From IMG/VR virus record IMGVR_UViG_2909309443_000003: 31,051 nucleotides of DNA. One strand, given 5' to 3'. The notes under the pieces are model-generated. The model was not told the origin of the DNA, made no database searches, and saw only the letters and a list, made by a program, of their open reading frames with translations. How positions within the stretch are numbered: the first letter of the stretch is position 1; each line of letters opens with the position of its first letter. Shown here one piece after another: positions 27,169 through 31,051 of the stretch. The position numbers and the translations under genes are program-made. The DNA comes from a virus. Lineage: Duplodnaviria; Heunggongvirae; Uroviricota; Caudoviricetes.

Positions 27169-27235
27169 AATTAACTCTCCTGATTTCGGGCAATAAGATG
27201 CCCGGCGGGTTTACGCCATTAAATTTCTGTTTGGA

Positions 27236-27574
27236 TTAATTCGGCATGGTTAGCCGTTTGGGAAATAAGCTCACTACTGCACGAAAATGATTCATCGCTG
27301 TAATAAGCGCCTTTTTCTCGTCAGTAGTCAGCTCACTTAATTCGAGTTCATGACGAGCCGCCGGTATTTTTGCCAGAAAGAAAATAGCGGCCAGCGCCCG
27401 ATTATTTTCTTCAAATTGTGGGTCACGTTTATCGCGCATATCATCGACAAAACGTTCAACCTCTTTCCAGCTATCGCCCCAATATCTCGCGCGCAATTCG
27501 GCAACATGATTGAGACCGGCCAGACGTTCACCCGCTTTTAGCGGAACAGTCGCGGAAACAGCTTCGATAGCCAT
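27236..27574 (-). CDS. hypothetical early protein (112 aa)
   Basis: ORF in the rightward early operon between the CII-like gene and A; function not recognised. Confidence 0.5.
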   Translation of the reverse strand: MAIEAVSATVPLKAGERLAGLNHVAELRARYWGDSWKEVERFVDDMRDKRDPQFEENNRALAAIFFLAKIPAARHELELSELTTDEKKALITAMNHFRAVVSLFPKRLTMPN

Positions 27575-27744
27575 GAGCCCCCCCGCTTTTGAGTAGAGAG
27601 GCCAGCCAGTAAATCAGCCTGCGAGTGGCTCGGGTGCCAGCGCTTGCCGTCCTTACCTGCGATCCAGCCGTGGCCGTAGTGCATGCCGGGGCTTTGCTTA
27701 ACGAGCAGAGATGCGAATGACGGTTCACTTTTCAGCATACGCAC
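27538..27744 (-). CDS. hypothetical early protein (68 aa)
   Basis: ORF immediately downstream of the CII-like gene; no function recognised; start uncertain. Confidence 0.4.
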   Translation of the reverse strand: MRMLKSEPSFASLLVKQSPGMHYGHGWIAGKDGKRWHPSHSQADLLAGLSTQKRGGSWLSKLFPRLFR

Positions 27745-27745
27745 C

Positions 27746-28255
27746 TCAAATCAGACCAAACGATGCGCCAATACCGCTCATGGTATCGACCACGCTCGAC
27801 ATAGCTGGATTAGTCTGCAGACGTGCATGCAGAGCCAGAGCCGACAATGACAACATGCGAATGCCGGAGTTAACGCTTTCAATCATGTTGTGCTTACGGG
27901 CAATGGTCAGACGTTCATCAGATACCGCGCCGCTCGCCAGTTCGCCGAGTTCACGCATTGCGCGCATGACATAAGACTGCAATTTGTCTTTAGCCAACTC
28001 ATTAACCGGCACGCATGGTAGGCAGTGAATCTGCGCTAAAAAACCATCAATGAGGGTTGAGTCTTCGGTCAGGTCAGTCAGCAGCCACAATTCAGACGGC
28101 GTGAACTGGTGAGGCTGTTCCGGGTTGAGCTTGTTACGTAACGTTTGAACGTTCATACCTGCACGCTCGGCCAGCTTCGCCATATTGTGACGCTGTGCGA
28201 AAATGCGGCATGCTTCGTCATAGTGGGGATGTTTGGAAACCTGAAAATCAAACAT
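27746..28255 (-). CDS. cII: CII-like lysogeny-establishment activator (186 CII family)
   Basis: Track ORF trimmed to MFDFQVSKHPHYDEACRIFAQRHNMAKLAERAGMNVQTLRNKLNP... (169 aa), which I recall as the 186 CII N-terminus; lies directly downstream of the apl-like gene. Confidence 0.65.
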   Translation of the reverse strand: MFDFQVSKHPHYDEACRIFAQRHNMAKLAERAGMNVQTLRNKLNPEQPHQFTPSELWLLTDLTEDSTLIDGFLAQIHCLPCVPVNELAKDKLQSYVMRAMRELGELASGAVSDERLTIARKHNMIESVNSGIRMLSLSALALHARLQTNPAMSSVVDTMSGIGASFGLI

Positions 28256-28287
28256 GGTTAAATTCCCTCTAACTTGCATAATCAAAT

Positions 28288-28659
28288 TCAGTTAAGAGCG
28301 GTGCGCTGGTCGATGTAGCGACAATCAATCGCTTGTTGAGTCAGCTTATCGCGCCATGCTTTTACGTTTACGAGGGTTCGGCTTCGTTTAGCAGCTTCTT
28401 CTTTGTTGGAAAAGTCTTTGGTCGGAGCTTTGAGAAGGACTCCCTCATCGAGCCATTGCCAGACCAGACGCTCGCTAACACCGCGAGTAGCGGCGAAGTC
28501 TTTCACAGTCATCGTGTCTGACATAGCGGAGCGAATCATTGTCTGTAGAGCTGGCAGCATGGCGGTAACGATGGCATCAAACTGTGTTGGATCTAGCAGC
28601 ACAGTTTGATTTTGTGAGTTTTGCGAGTCGTGCGTCGAGATTGATTTTGCATCTGACAT
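28288..28659 (-). CDS. apl: Apl/Cox-like HTH excisionase-regulator, first gene of the lytic operon
   Basis: 123-aa ORF with AGGAGA about 9 nt upstream of the ATG at 28659. HTH-like segment VKDFAATRGVSERLVWQWLDEGV. Longer than the 186 Apl as I recall it (about 87 aa), so the start is uncertain. Confidence 0.6.
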   Translation of the reverse strand: MSDAKSISTHDSQNSQNQTVLLDPTQFDAIVTAMLPALQTMIRSAMSDTMTVKDFAATRGVSERLVWQWLDEGVLLKAPTKDFSNKEEAAKRSRTLVNVKAWRDKLTQQAIDCRYIDQRTALN

Positions 28660-28722
28660 ATCGCATTATCTCCTGTTGTTTGAAATGTAGTGCAGTGGTG
28701 TGCATCTTGGTCGATGAATGCC

Positions 28723-28751
28723 ACTATAGATCGTAAAAAGTTTTCTGTAAA
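28723..28751 (-). promoter_or_regulatory. candidate lytic promoter pR (TTTACA, 17-bp spacer, TATAGT)
   Basis: On the minus strand, -35 TTTACA (28751-28746) and -10 TATAGT (28728-28723) point toward apl from a position next to the cI start. Confidence 0.55.
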
Positions 28752-28780
28752 CACCCATAAAATTATCTGTAGGGGTTTTT

Positions 28781-29641
28781 ATGAGTTCTGAGCTTGATGT
28801 TCAGTGGCGTGTTAGTGCAACGAACGGCGTATTGGAACGCTTAATGTCAGCCTATGGGGTCAAGATGCAAAAGGATTTGGCTGACCTGCTAGGTATCGCT
28901 AAACACAGCGTTAGCGGCTGGGTTCAGCGTGATGCAATACCTGGCAATGTCATAGTTAGGTGTTGTCTTGACACGGGAGCTGATATCAATTGGCTTGTAA
29001 ATGGAGAACTTGCAAATGCAAATCACGAGCGAGCCAGTTGCAAGTTAAAAGGCAAAGAGCTTTATGACGAGATTATGACGAATGGTGGTAAAACCGTTTT
29101 GCGTAGGATTCTTGATGCGTATGGCTTTACCATGCAAAAGGAGCTCGGTGATTTGCTCGGCATTTCCTCTGGCACAATTAGCACATGGGTAAGGCGAGAT
29201 TTTTTCCCTGGTGATGTTGTTGTTACATGCGCTCTTGATACCGATACGTCACTGGAATGGTTAGCAACAGGCAAGGGGCAAATGCGAGCTAACAGGGAAG
29301 ATGTCACATCTGGTTTTTCTATTAAAAAATCTCGTCTTGAATCTGGTGAGCTTAAGGATGCAGGAACGTGGCATCCTGACCCCTCAATGATTCCTTCTAA
29401 CTCAGGGGAATTGATTTTTGTTGACGGTGTAGCTGCCTCTTGGCTTGTCGACTGTTCTGCTTCGAATATAAGTAATGGTCGCTGGTTAATTGATATCGAC
29501 GGCGCTCTTGATGTTTTTGATGTAATTCGCTTGCCCGGTGGAAAAGTCAGGTTGTCAAATAAGTCTGCTGAGTTTGAATGCAACATTACAGACATTACTC
29601 CTGCCGGGGCTGTAGTTTTCACATTGGAAAAACACGTGTAA
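28781..29641 (+). CDS. cI: CI-type immunity repressor with duplicated N-terminal DNA-binding domain
   Basis: 286-aa ORF with AGGGG upstream of the ATG. Residues 106-164 and the C-terminal domain resemble 186 CI as I recall it. Residues 17-75 are a second copy of the HTH domain (about 55% identical). Confidence 0.7.
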   Translation: MSSELDVQWRVSATNGVLERLMSAYGVKMQKDLADLLGIAKHSVSGWVQRDAIPGNVIVRCCLDTGADINWLVNGELANANHERASCKLKGKELYDEIMTNGGKTVLRRILDAYGFTMQKELGDLLGISSGTISTWVRRDFFPGDVVVTCALDTDTSLEWLATGKGQMRANREDVTSGFSIKKSRLESGELKDAGTWHPDPSMIPSNSGELIFVDGVAASWLVDCSASNISNGRWLIDIDGALDVFDVIRLPGGKVRLSNKSAEFECNITDITPAGAVVFTLEKHV

Positions 29642-29649
29642 GGGACATT

Positions 29650-29988
29650 ATGAAATGTAAACTCTTTTTAGCTCTGCTTCTTACCCTTTCTTTTGGAGCC
29701 TCAGCCGCTGAAAAAACACAGGATTTAGATGGCGCTAAGTTTGGTGAGGATTGGCCGTTAACTTTTGAAAAAGCTACGGTGTCTTGTGTCAACGGTAAAT
29801 ATGCCTTTGTGTACGACAAAGCAACAGATGACCGATACCCATTAAATGGTTTTGCGATTGATGGAGTAAAGTCTGGAAAGCTTGAGGGGAGCAATATTGA
29901 TACTGTTTGGAAAGATAGCCCGGAGTATGCAGGCGTAAAAATTCCTTTGGATCCTGTAATGGATGCTGCAACAGCACTTTGGGAATAA
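29650..29988 (+). CDS. small secreted/periplasmic protein of unknown function
   Basis: Track ORF trimmed to the ATG at 29650 with AGGGA upstream. MKCKLFLALLLTLSFGASAAEK is a typical Sec signal peptide; mature part about 90 aa. Confidence 0.6.
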   Translation: MKCKLFLALLLTLSFGASAAEKTQDLDGAKFGEDWPLTFEKATVSCVNGKYAFVYDKATDDRYPLNGFAIDGVKSGKLEGSNIDTVWKDSPEYAGVKIPLDPVMDAATALWE

Positions 29989-30010
29989 TTAGAGTTGCCT
30001 CGGTGACATT

Positions 30011-31051
30011 ATGACTGTAAGTAAGCAAAAAAATGGCAAATGGTTATGCGAGCTCTATCCAAATGGTCGAGAAGGGCGGCGTATACGTCGGCAATTCAAT
30101 ACCAAAGGTGAGGCCGAGGCATTCGAAGCATTTACGAAAAGTGAGAGTGAGGATAAGCCGTGGCTCGGCAAGAAAGAAGACCGCCGACGCTTAAGTGAGA
30201 TTATCCAGCTTTGGCATAATTTACACGGACAGGCACTGGTCGCCAGTAAGTCGCGGTTAGCTAAACTTCAAATCGTGTGTAATGGACTTGGTGACCCTAT
30301 TGCATCCCGCCTTACTGCTAAAGATTGGGCTCATTACCGTGACCGCCGACTTCGGGGGGAGATAGATAATGGCTATCATAAAGACCCGGCAAAATGGATT
30401 GCTAAACCGATAACTGTCAATCGTGAGCAACAATATCTTGAGGCTGTATTTAATGAGCTCAAAAGGCTAGGGGAGTGGAGCTTACCAAATCCACTTGATG
30501 GAGTCCGTGTTTTCAAGGAAGCCGAGAAAGAAATGTCTTGGCTCACTTTGTCTCAAATTCCGAAATTGTTTCAGGCATGCGAGCAATACGGAAAAGAAGA
30601 CCTCACCATGATTGTTAAGATTTGTCTTGCAACAGGTGCTAGATGGGGTGAGGCTGAGAGGTTGACACGTCCCCAGCTCTCGCCACATAAACTGACCTTC
30701 ACCAAAACGAAAGGGAAAAAGAATCGAACCGTTCCGATCCCAAAATGGTTGTATGACGAATTATCTGAAAGGCAGGGAAAGATGTTTAAGCCTTGCTATC
30801 AGGAGTTTAAAAAGATGCTCAAACTAACGGATATCGAACTGACGGAAGGGCAAAAGACACACGTTCTGCGTCATACCTTCGGCGCTCATTTTATGATGAA
30901 TGGCGGGAATATTCTTGTGCTGCAACGTATACTCGGTCATGCGAATATTCGTGAAACTATGAAGTATGCACATTTCTCCCCGGATCATCTTGAGGAGGCT
31001 GTAACATTTAATCCTTTAACATTATGTAATGGTTTTAAATGGAAAGATTAA
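30011..31051 (+). CDS. int: tyrosine integrase
   Basis: 346-aa ORF with a C-terminal catalytic region typical of tyrosine recombinases (LRHTFG, HANIRETMKYAH); last gene before the prophage end; stop at 31049-31051. Confidence 0.85.
   Translation: MTVSKQKNGKWLCELYPNGREGRRIRRQFNTKGEAEAFEAFTKSESEDKPWLGKKEDRRRLSEIIQLWHNLHGQALVASKSRLAKLQIVCNGLGDPIASRLTAKDWAHYRDRRLRGEIDNGYHKDPAKWIAKPITVNREQQYLEAVFNELKRLGEWSLPNPLDGVRVFKEAEKEMSWLTLSQIPKLFQACEQYGKEDLTMIVKICLATGARWGEAERLTRPQLSPHKLTFTKTKGKKNRTVPIPKWLYDELSERQGKMFKPCYQEFKKMLKLTDIELTEGQKTHVLRHTFGAHFMMNGGNILVLQRILGHANIRETMKYAHFSPDHLEEAVTFNPLTLCNGFKWKD

Noticed and set aside
29578-29649. 24-codon N-terminal extension of the secreted-protein ORF
   Set aside because: Overlaps the cI 3' end; the ATG at 29650 has an RBS and begins a canonical signal peptide.

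Overview
The window is an almost complete P2/186-family temperate myovirus prophage, with most genes on the minus strand. Annotation rests on reading the supplied translations and the DNA by eye; no database search was run. Order from the left: tail genes D-U-T-E(+E')-FII-FI (1-6366); a decayed Gin/Hin-type invertase next to a 1.8-kb invertible tail-fibre cassette (6425-8592); fibre and baseplate genes H-I-J-W-V; S-R-lysC-lysB-K-Y-X-L; capsid and packaging genes M-N-O with divergent P-Q; a 186-type cos site (22885-22903); a LexA-box operon with a DinI-like gene; replication gene A; and a 186-type immunity region (apl-cII leftward, cI-int rightward) ending at the window edge. The attachment site and the Ogr/B late activator lie outside the window. 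Three AT-rich cargo loci interrupt the GC-rich backbone, each at a classical P2 moron position. The two best candidates for an undescribed function are a membrane-anchored pentapeptide-repeat protein at the S/V junction (11833-12708) and an HExxH-motif protein between portal Q and cos (21661-22665). The third is a signal-peptide protein between cI and int (29650-29988). Other points of interest are an in-frame TAG splitting a Tum-like ORF from its DinI-like domain, two 69-bp repeats with covarying hairpins, and a CI repressor with a duplicated DNA-binding domain.
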